DNA of 64,000 nucleotides from Eledone cirrhosa (lineage: Eukaryota), in NCBI GenBank assembly GCA_964016885.1, contig OZ024744.1, positions 28,768,001 through 28,832,000 of the forward strand, in the 5' to 3' direction. The notes beneath the pieces were generated by a model. The model saw only the letters and a program-made list of their open reading frames with translations. It was not told where the DNA came from and made no database searches. The first letter of the stretch is position 1. Each line of letters begins with the position of its first letter. The translations under genes and the position numbers were made by a program. Positions 14,800-29,537 of the stretch are shown here, piece by piece.

Positions 14800-16050
14800 A
14801 ACGCCGGTGTGAAGGAGATTAGGAATCTATTTGCTATAACATATGTTTCTTTGTCGATTTAAAATTGTCTACATGTGCTGACTACAATATATATTGTTCA
14901 ATCATATGCAATACTTAATTATTTATCAAACTTCATCAGAAAGCCTATAGTAGTGGAAGTGACTATACTCTACGCAGTATAATTCAGCAATGGGATTTTC
15001 GTTTAAGAAAATGTATATAAGTCAAAATGACAATAAAAATAGAATAAAATACAGAAAGTTAGTGTGATAGTAGAGAGAAGAGAGAGTGGGGTAAAGAGTT
15101 TCTCATTATCAATCTGTGGGTTGTGATGTGGAACAATTATTTTTAGACCATCGGTATAGGTGAAGGTTTTGATGTTTACTATATATGGTCGAGAGTGTAG
15201 AGAAGGACAGAAAAGGAGAAGGTAGAGATTAAGAGTAGGGTAGAGTGGGTAGGCAGGAAAGGAATTAAGAGAATGAGATTGTTTTGAATATTACTGATTC
15301 TTTGGGTGTGAAAAGATCAAATGTCACAGGAAATGTACTTAATAGGATCTAGTAAAACCTGGGTATTAGGGATTGAATCTTGTTCTAGTCCAGTTTGTAT
15401 TTAGCGAAGGTGTTTAGAATATTCTGTTTGCAATTAAATATCTCATCATGCCAGGTATTTAGAAGGTCCCTTCTGGTCACTATTTCAATTACCTCCACTA
15501 GACATAATTCACAGGGGCTTCTTTCATTCCGGTATGGAGGGGCGAATTTTAGCACGGGCCGTTGTAGTGTGTATTCAATATTAGAGCGCTTTAGATCCCA
15601 AATTTTCTTTTTTCCAGGGCCGTATATCTAGCTAAACTGGGGGTTTTAAATGTGTGGGTGCACATTCCATCTTTTCATGAAAAGATTCGAAGTGGAACCC
15701 ACATATTTATATATTCTCAGTTTAGATTTGACCACACATTGGTAAATGATGTTTTTGTACAAACATTTACTCGTTAACGGACAATTGCTGGGATTTCTGC
15801 AGTTACAGTTTGTCCGTAGTGTGTGGTTTCTTCCCTGGTTCCAGTGTTGGGGGTGTTATTCCGGGTATTTTGTTGTTGCTCCAGATATATGCGCAAAGTG
15901 GAAGAGACGTTGGTATTTGTGGGTGTTGGTCTGCTAAGTGTTGGAGGCTGTGGATGTTGTTGAGGGTTGAGATTATGTCTGGCTTTTCGTTGGTTGTTGG
16001 TAATGCCATACTTGCGGAGGCGTTTGTTTTTCAATTTCATGATGAAATTG
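14800..16050 (-). mobile_element. Naiad-type Penelope-like element, decayed 3' part (GIY-YIG endonuclease plus pLTR)
   Basis: Minus strand, about 15470-15810, reads CNCRNPSNCPLTSKCLYKNIIYQC...YVGSTS...KRW...IWDLK...CELCLVE; a hammerhead lies downstream. Confidence 0.75.
14833..14944 (-). ncRNA. Type I hammerhead ribozyme with long stem II
   Basis: gcttt-CTGATGA-long insert-GAAA-catatg (palindromic stem III)-TT-atagc. Confidence 0.55.
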
Positions 16051-16137
16051 CCCCCCACCCACACCCACATATATATATATATATGTATATACTTTGTAAA
16101 TAACAATCAAAGAGTGTTTAAGAACATTTACGTGTAA

Positions 16138-16187
16138 TTACTAACGATCGTTTCATCCAAGCACAAGGCCGAATTTCATCGGAGTAT
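16138..16187 (-). ncRNA. Minimal type I hammerhead, CCGAUGA core variant
   Basis: tact-CCGATGA-aattc...ggat-GAAA-cgatcg (palindrome)-TT-agta. Confidence 0.6.
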
Positions 16188-16635
16188 AAATCAAAACTTA
16201 AAAGACAGATAAACTTGTCAAAGAACATTCTGGGGATATTAACATTGATATAAGAGAGCAAAGCAAGAAGCATATGAAAAGCACGATCATATAAATATAA
16301 ATAAGAATCAGAGCTAGAAGCATTAAAAAGAAGCTGGTATAAAGAAAAATGCTGTTATAAGGAATTTAAGCATAATGTGAGGCATATAATATAATAATAA
16401 ATTTACATACAGCATAAGCATTACAACAGTCTATAAAAGCTAGTGCATGGATAAATATAAATTCAAGAATGCAAAAATACATCTTCAAAGTATATTTTTA
16501 CTATATTTATAATGATAAGTTTAACTCCATCTTTCAGTCATAAGTATATAGATAATCTATTATACTTCAAATGTAATAATATCCGCTGGGTGTAGTCAAC
16601 AAAATAACCGTTAAAATGTTAAAGTGTTGTTATTA

Positions 16636-16975
16636 GAGGTTAACTTTGCCTTTCATCCTTACGGGGGTCGATAAAATAATGTACCAGTAATGTACTGAGT
16701 ATTTGCTGGCCTTGTGCCAAAAGAAGAAATAATTATTAATACTTAATCAATGGCGGTGGATTGGTAGTATCGGTAGAGAGTCGGATGCCATGCTTTGCAG
16801 CATAGAGTTACGGCCCTTTATGATCTGAGTTCAAATCCCGCTGAGGTTAACTTTGCCTTTTATCCTTACGGGGTCGATAAAATAAAGTACCAGTCCCGCA
16901 CTGAGATCGATTTAATCGACTTTCCCCTCCCCCAAAATTGCTGGCCTTGTGCCTATATAGGAAAACATCAATACT
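16636..16975 (+). mobile_element. Two tandem tRNA-derived SINEs (3' half at 16636-16740; full copy at 16750-16975)
   Basis: A box TGGTAGTATCGG, B box GAGTTCAAATCC, body GAGGTTAACTTTGCCTTT..TCCTTACGGGGTCGATAAAAT; the first copy ends GGCCTTGTGCCAAAAGAAGAAATAATTATT. Confidence 0.85.
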
Positions 16976-17643
16976 TAATCAAGCTAATCGAAATGATTAT
17001 TATTGAGAAAATGACTATCAAAGCAAGATCCAATATATAGTAGTTGCTATCATCAGAGAAAGGTACTACATATAAGAATGTGTGGTGGTCGTGAGGGGGG
17101 GGGGGGGATAAATACATATATGACAGCAGCTATCACGCGCTCGAGTATAGCTCTCGATTGAATTTTCAAACACGCTTCAACATAGATGTTGCCGACATGG
17201 CCTTTGGCAACAAGAATCCATACTAAATGCCATGTACTTTCATGTACCACTTCAGGCCTCCTGCTTATTGGCAGACGTTACCATATTCATGGAAGATTAT
17301 CAACCAATATGCACTAACGTAATCTGCATCAGCCCTTTGTACGTGACTCCTTTTGTGTATCTTTAATTCAGTTTTATTGAGCTCGCCTTGTTCTCCAATG
17401 GTTCCTAGCTGTTCTACGTTCAAGCCCTTTTTAACATTTCATAATTTCATATTCCTTTTTAACATTTCATAATTTCTTCGGATCATATCGAAGTGTAGTG
17501 TTTTTCTCCAACTAGTCTCACCATTTGCAACTTGTTCCCTATTCCCATCAGAGATGGCAGCTTTCATCAGAAATGTTTTCACACAGTTTTTAACCCTATC
17601 TTGGACTTATGAGGTGAACGGTTGACAACGCTCAACTCACCAT

Positions 17644-17709
<66 letters not shown>

Positions 17710-17713
<4 letters not shown>

Positions 17714-17870
17714 ATAATAATAAAATTGAAGACTAAAATCCAAAGAGGGCTCGATAAGGAAAATATATATCAAATATATAAGAACCGTAGAGCAAATATT
17801 TATTAAAATAACAGATTAAAGTTTAAGCAAAGAATCGCTGCTTTCACCCTTAACGGGATCTTCTGAAACT
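17710..17870. repeat. Dispersed repeat end abutting (TA)n; second copy at 40657-40820
   Basis: Colinear match (GAAGACTAAAAT..AGGGCTCGATAAGGA..TAGAGCAAATATTTATTAAAATAAC..AACGGGATCTTCTGAAACT). Confidence 0.75.
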
Positions 17871-18079
17871 AACAAAGTCAATCTGTAAACGCAGAACTGG
17901 ATATTTCAAAAAACGTTGCAACCGGAGGAAGACAGGAGGACGATACTTTGGTTCATGGTAACGTTCGCTGGCAAAGAACGGGAAAAAACGAATAATACGT
18001 CATTAATAGGAGCGGTGAAAAACAATTACGCGCAAAGACAAAACCACGTTTATGGTATAAACTTTAATCTGTTATTTTA

Positions 18080-18150
<71 letters not shown>

Positions 18151-18154
<4 letters not shown>

Positions 18155-18268
18155 AACCAGTAAGACCCCCATGGGGTCTTACTGGTTCCTATTACCCACT
18201 CTACTACCTCAAGTATTGAGTACTTTGGTGCGTTATGGTCCACCTGGTTCCTTACCACATTTCCTTCG

Positions 18269-18270
<2 letters not shown>
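18151..18270 (+). mobile_element. Short pLTR-family insertion in (TA)n with a 19-bp fold-back at its 5' end
   Basis: 18173-18270 is the reverse complement of 5868-5965; 18151-18169 is a perfect inverted copy of 18173-18191. Confidence 0.7.
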
Positions 18271-18338
<68 letters not shown>

Positions 18339-18699
18339 GTTAGTCAAAAATGTTATCCTGAGTTCAGTTTCTTTCGTCGCTATGATCACTGCAGCCCGTC
18401 TATCGGTCGCTGTCTTCAATTTGCAAAGCTGTCTAAACGTAATGTTATAATTCTAAGGTAATATACCCTATTGAGTGCTTAGATGCACACCGAGATTGCA
18501 TTCGTTAGCTTGACTGCAACCAGAGCTTCGATGATGCTGTACTAAATTTTGTATATATATATAGTTGTTATATAGTAAGGTGTATTTTGGTTGTCATACG
18601 GTCCAATAAACTTTTGTTAGCAATATTAAGTTCTCCACGCTTTTGTATATCTCCAATTCCATTTATGGGAACAGCTAGATGATGTAAAACGGAGTATTT

Positions 18700-19699
<1,000 letters not shown>

Positions 19700-19749
19700 T
19701 TGAAAAGGGAAGTAAGGTTCTATACAAAACAGTGGTTATAGAGAAAAGG

Positions 19750-20640
19750 TGAAGTTGGAAATAGCACGGGTAATATATTTTAGGGTCTGTTTTTCTTTTT
19801 TTCCTTTCTTTGATTCGTCAAAGTGAAATTATTGAAAAATGAGGAGGACAATTCTTTTAAAAAATAATTTTATAATGTATATAAAGTATATAAAGTATAT
19901 AAAGTATTACCGGTTGCGATGTATTAGTAAAATTCATCTTATCAAATGTTGAGTATTACAATTAAAAAGAATTAATAAAAATTAAAACCTAAAAATTAAA
20001 GATTTAAAGTTACGACGTAAGTTTTTTCATCTTCCTTGTTGAGAATGAGACTGGAAAATAAACTCTTGTGTAAAGAGAGAGGAGTGTAGTCATGATAGTA
20101 GCAGCAACAGCGTTGGTAGTTGTGTTTCTTCACAGAACAAAATTGTGTTTAGGAACAAAGGAAATATTCTGTAAATATGTATCTCAATTGTGTTAATTGA
20201 CTGGTCAAGAGTTCAGGTGGGGATGGCGAGGGGGGAATTGTAAACTAGAGACAAATTCTATGGCAACAGTAGGGTTGTAAAATAAATTCTATCATTGGAA
20301 TATGGTTTTAGGGAGTGTGTGTAAAGTGTGAGGGTGTATATATAAAAATACACACATGCGGGTGAGTGGGAATGGTGTGTGAGTGTATGTGTGTGTGTGT
20401 GTATGTGTGTGTGCGTGTGTGTGTGTGTGTGCGTGTGTGTGTGTGCCTGTGTGTGTGATAGGGAGAATCTAATGTAAGTGATTACATATTTAATTTTGGT
20501 TTAAATTGGTTTTAATAAATATTTTTTTTAATTTATTCTTTGTTGTTGAATGAAAGAATCGGGGCACTTGTAAAGGGGAAGATTTTAAAGTTGGGTAGGG
20601 TCATTCCTGCACAACCTGCAATGTGGCTACTTAAGGGGAT
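19750..20640 (-). mobile_element. Decayed Penelope-like 3' end
   Basis: Minus strand, about 20490-20640: PLSSHIAGCAG..NFKIFP...FKPKLN (GIY-YIG C-terminus). Degenerate hammerhead TTGATAA-gatg...catc-GCAA-ccgg-TA at about 19905-19950. Confidence 0.5.
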
Positions 20641-20644
20641 TTTT

Positions 20645-20910
20645 CTTGTTTACGTCTCGGTTTTGTTGGCGGTGGATGGTTAATCTTTTGTCAACAGCCA
20701 CCGCATGTGATTACATAGATCAGGATGGGGACCCTGTGTGTGACTGCGGCATCCAACCACAGACTATGTAGCACCTCCTGATATGCCTCATGATGGACCA
20801 TCCCTGCACAACATTGGATGTGGCAGAGTTTAATGAGAAAGGACAGCTCTGGCGGAACTACATCTAGCCAAGCTTTGTAACTGACACTCTTGTGGACACA
20901 AGAAGAAGAA
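20645..20910 (+). mobile_element. 3' stub of a non-LTR retrotransposon (clade uncertain)
   Basis: PVCDCGIQPQTM*HLLIC zinc-knuckle-like end followed by an (AAG)n tail at about 20900. Confidence 0.45.
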
Positions 20911-21570
20911 TCCAGAGTTGTGTGTCTAAGACAGGTAGTCTGTGGTTTGGGCAGTCTATTTTAATACTCTGGTGGATGGAGTTGGGTATTTATTTGCTGA
21001 ATGATTTCCATACCGTTTATTTCTAGTCCCTTGATGATTCCTTTAGCGGCATGTCTATACTACTATACAGATAACCTCTACATAATGGGGTAAATAGTTC
21101 TTGGCTACTCGTTCTTTGAGTGTCCTTTCCAACCATATAATAAAGAGATTGGCTAAATCACGAGTGATGCAGACCGATGTTAGCCCCTCAATATTGTTCT
21201 TATACTGACAATTTTCCTTGTCTGATCACGGTTTTCGGGGGTCTTTATGGCTCAGGTCCACGCGATCCATATTTATTGCCTTTGGAATAATGGCTGGTGG
21301 TCTGTTACATCATAACCTGGTGGGACAGAGACTGTAAAAGCTATTATTGTGTAGATGTTCTTTGTCACAAATAAGTCTGGGAGGATCCACTGGTCCCTGA
21401 TTGAAACTCACGGCATTCTACATCACTCACGTGGACCATAACCTCACAGTTTTCCACAGCAACATCAATGTCAGTAGATGGGTGTAGGGATAACACATGC
21501 ATACTACATATCACACAACTTATCAGGTCACAGATCAATAGTTCTGCTGATGAGGTCGGGTGTTCGTTAC
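20911..21570 (-). mobile_element. Decayed Penelope-like RT fragment related to the 24350-27095 element
   Basis: Minus strand gives VLSLHPSTDIDVAVENC and LPVLDTQL, paralleling DVVSLYPSI and LPVLDTEL. Confidence 0.55.
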
Positions 21571-22039
21571 TTAACTAGTAATAAAACTGAAGTAATATTC
21601 AATTAGTGTATATCATTTAATTGCAAACATGACCCTCCTGAATTATATCAATATCTCTGTCAATACCTGATTTCAATACCTGGAGTATATATCTGTATAT
21701 ATATAGAGAGAGAGATGGGGAAGGGAAAGAGTGACAATAAGAATTGCAGCATTGTATGAAACTTTACTTCGTAATACAATTATTTTTATATCAATCAGCT
21801 CGGGTTTGATCAAACGATCGCAACTCGACTCTAAATCAACACTTCTTCAGATATGAGAGTTTACATGGGTGGTCCCAGACAAACACACACACATATATAT
21901 ATAGGCCAGTTAAGGAAGAACAAATCGACAGTATATTTTTGTTCCCAACAGTATCTTTTCACAATTGATGAAATATTATATTAAAATATATTGGGTAAGA
22001 CATCGTTTTGTTTCGTTTGATTTGTCATCTTACTCTACA

Positions 22040-22960
22040 TATATAGGTTTGCTAATATTCTCTATATATTTTCCCGGTGACCGTTCCACTGAGTCTCCTC
22101 TCTGCACCAATCAAGCCTAAACGTACTTTTAAAACTTGTAATTAAAACATTAACTATTAAGTTGTACAGTTTTCCAAAGTAAATTTATAACGATTTAATT
22201 CAGTCAAGAATATCAAACTCTATATTACAAACACCCTAACATAATCCAGGATGAATATCTTATGGCCTCGATCCCCAGGGACCTTGGAATGAGGACAACA
22301 TACAATTTTTTATGGCATTATCGGAGATAGCTAAGAAAGAATGACATTACATCTGGTTCACATGAGAAGATAAATGTTGCACTAGATTAATTGAGGTAGA
22401 TGGAATTATCTCACAGATCAGTGTTCTCATCTTTAACAAAACTTCATCCTACACTTCTTCCCCATTTCTGGTCTCCCTTCGTTGTTCATACACTTCATCC
22501 TCTTATCCACTGCATCAGCCAGTACCCTAAATATTTAGTTATACCACTATATGTGTATCTGTTCTTCAGGACCAGTGAGAAACTGTACAATATTTGTCTC
22601 ATTATTCCAGACATCCCACATATGACTAATCACACTTTATTCCTTTCGGAAGTTTTAGATTTGTGGGATAAGTAAGCATATCATTGACAGAACAAACCGT
22701 AGAAATAGTTCTAGTTGATTCAAAAAACAACTTATTCTACCATTTCTTCAACTTGACAACAAACTCTTCCCAAGACACCCTTCTTGCTTTCCTATGATTT
22801 TCTTCCTTATTTTTTCCACTGAAGGATCCAAAAGAACCCTATACCGCTGAGTCAGACACAACAATATCTGGTAAATGGAAAGAACGTAACTTATATTTCA
22901 AACAGGCTCTCTATTAGCCTGTATTGTAAATGATTACAGGTGCTTCAGCATTAATATCAC
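22040..22960 (+). pseudogene. Degenerate copy of a three-microexon cassette (22077-22137, 22611-22671, 22820-22885)
   Basis: Paralogous to 35085-36015. Two acceptors are mutated (CG, AC) and two of the three segments are 61 nt, so they do not preserve frame. Confidence 0.5.
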
Positions 22961-23039
22961 ATAGACATATTCAGGTATATTTGTATAAATGGATGCGTAT
23001 ATATTGTGTATGGTGGAAATGATGAATACAATAGTGTGT

Positions 23040-24092
23040 ACTAGGTGAATTACCCGGCGTTGCCCGGGTTACTGCTGTTCTTATTCAGATTAGTAAACAA
23101 TAAATATGAAGATATGTTTTTCTTCTCTTAATTATTTCAAAATATCTATATTTTATTAAAAATATATCAAACTTGTAATGATATTAGAATTTAGAAATGA
23201 AAATCTGTTAATCTTGAAGCACCTTAGGGTAAATAATAATCATTGTGTAATTTTGTGTTTATGTCCAAATTAATAAATTGTTGCTACACACTCACATATA
23301 CACTCTCACATACATATACTAAGACACACACACAGAGACATACAATCACACAGACACACGCATAGCAGTCACCTCATTTTTTTACAGTCGCTACATTTGT
23401 ATAGATGTGTGTGTGTATTTAATAATGTACTTAATGAATATGCACGCACACACACCCACTCACAGATACATACATATTCATATACAAAATGTGACGTCGT
23501 TGTGTAGTTTTGTATTCTTTTAATCTAAATGAAAATAAAAATTGTCACACATACACTCGCACACATACACTCACACATACACTCACACATACACTCACAC
23601 ACATATACACTCCCACATACACTCACACACATACACTCTCACATACACTCTCACACATACTCACACAAACTCTCACATACACTCACATACATATACTAAG
23701 ACACACACACACAGACATTCATTCGCGCACACCTGACGGTCATCACATATGTATCTGTATGTGTAGATGTGTGTGTGTGTTTAATTCTCTGAGGCCTAAC
23801 GTATGTAAGAAACTCACTAACACACACTCACAGACACATACACACTTATACACAATGTGACGTCATCGCGGTCGTGATGGTGGTGGTGGTGGCGGTTTAC
23901 TATAGTTCACTATAGAAAGGTTATTTTGCTAAAATATTGTATTGTTTTAATCCAAATGAAAATACAAATTACATGTTAACACTCCTGGTGTCTAATACTT
24001 TGTAAAATTTGATTTGATTTGGTCCAGCCGTTTGAGAATGCATAGAAACAAACAGACAGACAGACAAAAATCTTATATATACAGAGATATAC
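23040..24092 (+). mobile_element. Non-autonomous Helitron/Helentron-like element (Lep1/DINE-1 style ends)
   Basis: 5' ACTAG...ACCCGGCGTTGCCCGGGT hairpin; 3' AAATTTGATTTGATTTGGTCCAGCCGTTT...(CAGA)n...TATATATAC; internal CA-rich repeats. Confidence 0.6.
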
Positions 24093-24312
24093 CTAGGTGA
24101 AGTCATTTTAGTTCTATGTGTGTGTTGATGTATACATATATGTACATTGGGTTTTGTATAACCTCATCAGGTGATTGTTTCTGTGTGTTTGTCCGTTGGT
24201 GCCTTTTTGAGTGTGTGTGAGTGTGAGGTTCTGTGTGTTCCCACTGTGTGCGTGTGTGTAAGAATACATTTTTAGTTACAACTATTGATATGATTATTGA
24301 AAATTTAGAAGA

Positions 24313-24349
<37 letters not shown>

Positions 24350-24350
<1 letters not shown>

Positions 24351-26597
24351 TTATACTTGGGGAGGGTCATGTTTGTGTAATAATATTGCCAGAATTAATA
24401 ATGACGAGACAGAGGCACAGTTCACCATAGCTAGAAATAATATTAGACAAATAGTAGACCGGTATACTAAGAAACAGAGCAGACCAGAGGTCCAACAATT
24501 TGGGAGGAAACCTGTAGAAGGCTTGGTTAGCCTCAAGCAGCGCACAAGGGATGGTGAGGTAGTATGTCTACCCACGGATAAGTCTGGTAGGATGTAAATA
24601 GACAGCATGCCAAACTACATCAAGGCTATGCAACCCCACATCACCAACACGAGCGAAATTGCACAGCAAAGACATGATGGGAGAGAGAAAATCCTCAACG
24701 CTCACATGATGATGTTGACGAACATCCTAAAGCCAAGCAGACGCACTGCCAACAACTTCCAGGCGTCCAACAATGGCATACCCCCTTTGTATCGCAGAGA
24801 CCACAAGACAGTCGACGACCCGACAACAGGACCACCAACAAGACCTGTATGCAGAGCAAATATAGCAAGCAACTACAGGATCTCCTACTTCCTCTAAATG
24901 GTTATACGCCCCATAATCAAGATGTCCCCAGATGTATGTGACAGTACAGAGGACCTCCTCAGAAGAATCAGTGAGTGCAACAAAAACAGGAACCTATCCA
25001 ACTGCATAATAGGCAGTATGGATGTGGTATCACTGTACCCATCCATTAACCTTGTGTGGAGCTGATCATTGAGAGTGAATTGGAGTTCTGCGACGTCGAC
25101 ACAGACGAACTGGGCCTCCTACTTAGACTTACCTACGACACTGACTACCTAGACAGCCATGACCTTATACGTTTCTGCCCCAGTAGACCCATAAGAGGTA
25201 GACCCCCCACCATAACCTCAATGGCAAAAAAGACTCCCATAGGAAGGTGGAGTGGGTGGACCAAAGCTATACGGACCCCCCAAAACAATGATCAGGTAAG
25301 AAAAATGGTCGCACATGCAATAGGGGCTAGTATCAAAACTACCTTAAAGGGCCACATATTCAAGTTCAACGAGAAGATCTACACCCAAAATGAGGGAGCA
25401 GCCATTGGCGTCAGCATAGCTGGTGACGTTGCCAACCTGTTTATGGTATGGTAGGAAAGGAGACTCAAAGATCTCCTTGATGAGAGCTCCATAGACCTCA
25501 TCATGTACTCTCGTCACGTAGACGAGATATAGTAATAAGGACATCCCCACAAGAGAGCACTAACAAGTTTGATTTAGAACGTAGCACAATGGAAAGCATC
25601 CAACAGATAGCTAATTCCATACACCAGAGTATAACTGTAACTATCGACTACCCTTCCAAACACACTAACAATAGACTACCTGTATTAGACACGGAACTCT
25701 TCATTAACACTATAGACGAGAGAGCCCAAATTCTCCACTCACACTATGCTAAACCCATGGCCTCCAAATACCTGATACTCAAAAATTCAGCAATATCCAG
25801 TAGTGCTAAGTTTAATATTCTGATCTCAGATTTGGTACGAGTGTTGAAGAACGTGTGACGCATGTGCGACCCAACAGAAATGGAAAGACACATCCAACAC
25901 TTCATCAACCGCATGCAGTTCTCTGGCTACAACCAAAGAGACAGAGTCAGAGTATACGAAGGAGCCACGGAGAAGTATAAGACCATCATAGAGCTGGACA
26001 TGAAAGGAATTTGCCTATTATACAGGAGCAAATCCTGGAATAGCTTAGATAGGACTAGACATAAGATAGGGAAAGCCACCTCATGGTACGACAACCAGAG
26101 ATACAAGAGTGTCATGTTTGTGGACGCCACCCCTGGAGGGAAATTAGCTAACCAGTGTAGAAAGGCCCTCAGAAAGACCCACTTAAAAATAAAGGTGGTA
26201 GAAAAGCCAGGAACCACCATAAAATCCCTGATCAGCAAAACCTACTCTTTTAAGAAAACCCACTGTACTAATAGGAAATGTATCATATGTAGAGTAAACC
26301 CCCGGATAAACTGTAAAACTAGAAACGTAGTCTATAGCATAAGATGTACAGAGGGTACTTGCAGAAACATGACAACAACATACATAGGCGAGACAGCTCG
26401 TAGCATAGGTGAAAGGATAGACCAACACTGGGGGGAACTAAAAGGACGTAAAAACGGTTCAGTACTATACGAACATGCTAGACAACAACACAATCAGAGA
26501 GGCCAGCGAAATAGAACTTAGAAGACCAAGGCTAAACAGTAAAAATGAATGGAATAATAACAACACCCAAACAAACAACACTAACCTAAGAGAAGTA

Positions 26598-26636
<39 letters not shown>

Positions 26637-27095
26637 ATACACAAGCACAATAACAACAAACACATATAAACACACACTAGTAAACTAAGATAGAATATAT
26701 TAACCAATACAGTCACCCAAACAAGAACACACATCAAACAAAACACTATACACACACGCAAACGCATGCGTAGAGAAGACAAAAAAATAAACAAATAAAT
26801 AAATAAATAAACAAACTAAATAAAGATGGCGTAAGCATACAATGCAACGGGAGGAAACATAATAGCAACACTGACGAAAGAACTTTGATAGACTATATAT
26901 ATGTGTTTGTGTCTATATTGTATCTGTATTTTTGACCGTTGGTCAGTCAATGGCAACATTGAGGACCGAATAAATTAAATTAACCGATATAAAAGACACA
27001 GAAGCGAAAACCAACCAAACAGTGAGTGTGTTCTGTTATTAATTCTGGCAATATTATTACACAAATATGAAACCCCCCCCCCCCCAGTATAACAA
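24350..27095 (+). mobile_element. Decayed Penelope-like element (RT, GIY-YIG, pLTR)
   Basis: PTDKSGR, PPTRPVC, GSMDVVSLYPSI, YTQNEGAAIG, YSRHVDEI (YVDD-like), LPVLDT, CIIC..CKTRNVVYSIRC..YIGETARSIGERIDQH; multiple stops and frameshifts. Confidence 0.85.
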
Positions 27096-27254
27096 TATTT
27101 GTTTCGACACACGATTTCATATCAAAAACCTCGCAAAACTAATTCATCGCCGTTATATATATATGTATATAATTATATATATATGTGTGTATGTGTGTGT
27201 ATGTATATATATACATGTGTGTGTGTGAGTATATATATATGTATGTATATATAT

Positions 27255-27341
<87 letters not shown>

Positions 27342-27355
27342 GTAGGGAGTTAACC

Positions 27356-28638
27356 TTAATATTATTAAGAACAATATACGTAATCTCTTTAACCAACATA
27401 ACCTAAAAATTGAATTTAATTACAGCATCAAACTAGCTAATTTCTTGTATGTATCTCTTAATCTTGACACTGGCCTATATTACACTTACCATAAAAACAA
27501 TGAGAACCTAAATTATGTTAATTTTAAATCTAACCACCCTACCAATATTACGAATGCCATAGTTAGTAATATTGGAAAAAGAATATCTAACCTATCTTCT
27601 AATAAAAACATCTTTGATGCTAACGCCAATTACTATAATAACGCTCTTTCTAAAGCCGGCTATCCTGATAAAATCAAATGTAATAAAGAAACAAATTCTA
27701 GAAGAACTTACAGTAGAATAATTAATCATGATCATTCCAATAACTTTAATAAAAGACCTAGATACAAAAACATAATCTGGTATAATGCTCCTTTCTCCAT
27801 CTCTATTAATAATAATATTCCTAAATTATTCTTTAGTGCCTTAAATAAATGCTTCCCTCCCTCACATATCTATAGTAAAATATTTAATAAACACACTATA
27901 ACATTTTCCTATTCGACATCCTCCAACATTTCCAACATTATCTCTAAACACAACAATAAAATACTAAATACTAAATCTCTTCCTTCCAACACTGAATATC
28001 ATAATAATAGTAATAGTGCTCCCGACGTCATTGTTAACTCTAGGCTAATTTCTGCAAACCCAAATACAACGTCAAACACAACTTCGCTAAATGTTCTTAA
28101 TCCCATTCTAAATCAAGAAACTATTATTCCTATCGCAAATAACTTCTCCAATCCAATTCCTTCTATAGATAACACTAGGTCACTCGTTAATAATCTCTCT
28201 AATCGCAATTGCAATTGCCCTGCTAAAAATAAATGTCCTCTCAACAACGATTGTCTTGATAAAAACTTAATTTACGAATGTAAAGTTATAACTGACACCA
28301 ATTCCTTCACCTATTTTGGCTCCACTTCCACCTCATTTAAAGCTCGTCTTTATAATCATCATTCGTCTTTTAAATATAAACTTAAAAGAAACAACACGGC
28401 TCTCTCAGAACTCATATGGTCATTGAAAGACAAAAATATTAAATATAACATCTCTTGGAAAAAGGTTTCCTCTGCTTCTCCATACTTGAACAGTTCTCTG
28501 TCCAAGACTTGCAATCTCTGTCTAAATGAAAAATTTACCATTATATCTAATTTAGATTCTATAATAAATAGACGCACTGATTTGTTTTCTATCTGCTTGC
28601 ATAAATTCCACAGAACTTTCCATAAAGTATACAACTAA
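27356..28638 (+). CDS. PLE RT thumb plus GIY-YIG endonuclease, 5'-truncated and uninterrupted
   Basis: [43 protein letters not shown]-x5-C-x5-[41 protein letters not shown]. Confidence 0.85.
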
Positions 28639-28678
28639 TATGATAAACTTTATCAATTCAGAATCCTTTTCTCAAAGG

Positions 28679-28766
<88 letters not shown>

Positions 28767-29537
28767 CTTCTTTAAAAATATACCCATCTTTCTACCTTAT
28801 TTCAAAGTTATTTATTATATTTAATATATTCTACATCACTCCTAATTTCTAACCCCTAATCTGTACCTTTTCTCACTGTGCCTAACATAGAAACAATTAT
28901 TACACAATACACCATATTCTTACTTCATTTCACCTTGAAAAGATCCTTCGTAAACATAAACATTTTTTGACGTTAGATTATTCATCCTCTATTCATTATT
29001 TTTTTCTCCCTTTCATCTAACTTATTCATGCTCATCTCACAATATATCCTTACTTACATTACTTCTGTTTTTTTAATAATACATATCAACATGTTCTTTC
29101 CATCGCACATATTATTAAACCCTTAAATATTATTCTTAATACATATTAACAATTTCTTTTCATCGCACATATTATTAAACCCTTCAATATACAAACCTTA
29201 ACTTTATATTATTTTTCTCTTCGTTAATTTTCAAATTCTTTTAATTTATACATTATCTTCCAACGGTTTTTTCAACCTCTCTATGTAAAACAATATATTT
29301 TTCTCAGTTATAAAAGCTATCTCTCTCTCTCTATCACCCATTTCTCCTCCTATCTCATCCTTCCTCACTATACTCCTCCCCCTCCACTTTTTACTCTCAT
29401 CTCCTCCTCTTTTTCATCCCCCCCCCCCCCTCAAAAATTGTTTTCCCCAATATCACACATCAATCTAAAACTACTTTTCATATGTTGATTTAAAACTGCA
29501 CTATCCACAAGTGTTTTTTAACCTTCATATCATGTCC

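Noticed and set aside
17050-17530. Possible RTE 3' remnant on the minus strand
   Set aside because: Only a vague GLKWYMKVH resemblance; too degenerate to call.
22400-22675. MELSHRSVFSS... ORF and its paralogue at 35467-35991 as a gene
   Set aside because: No recognisable domain, different lengths in the two copies, and it runs through sequence better read as intron plus microexons.
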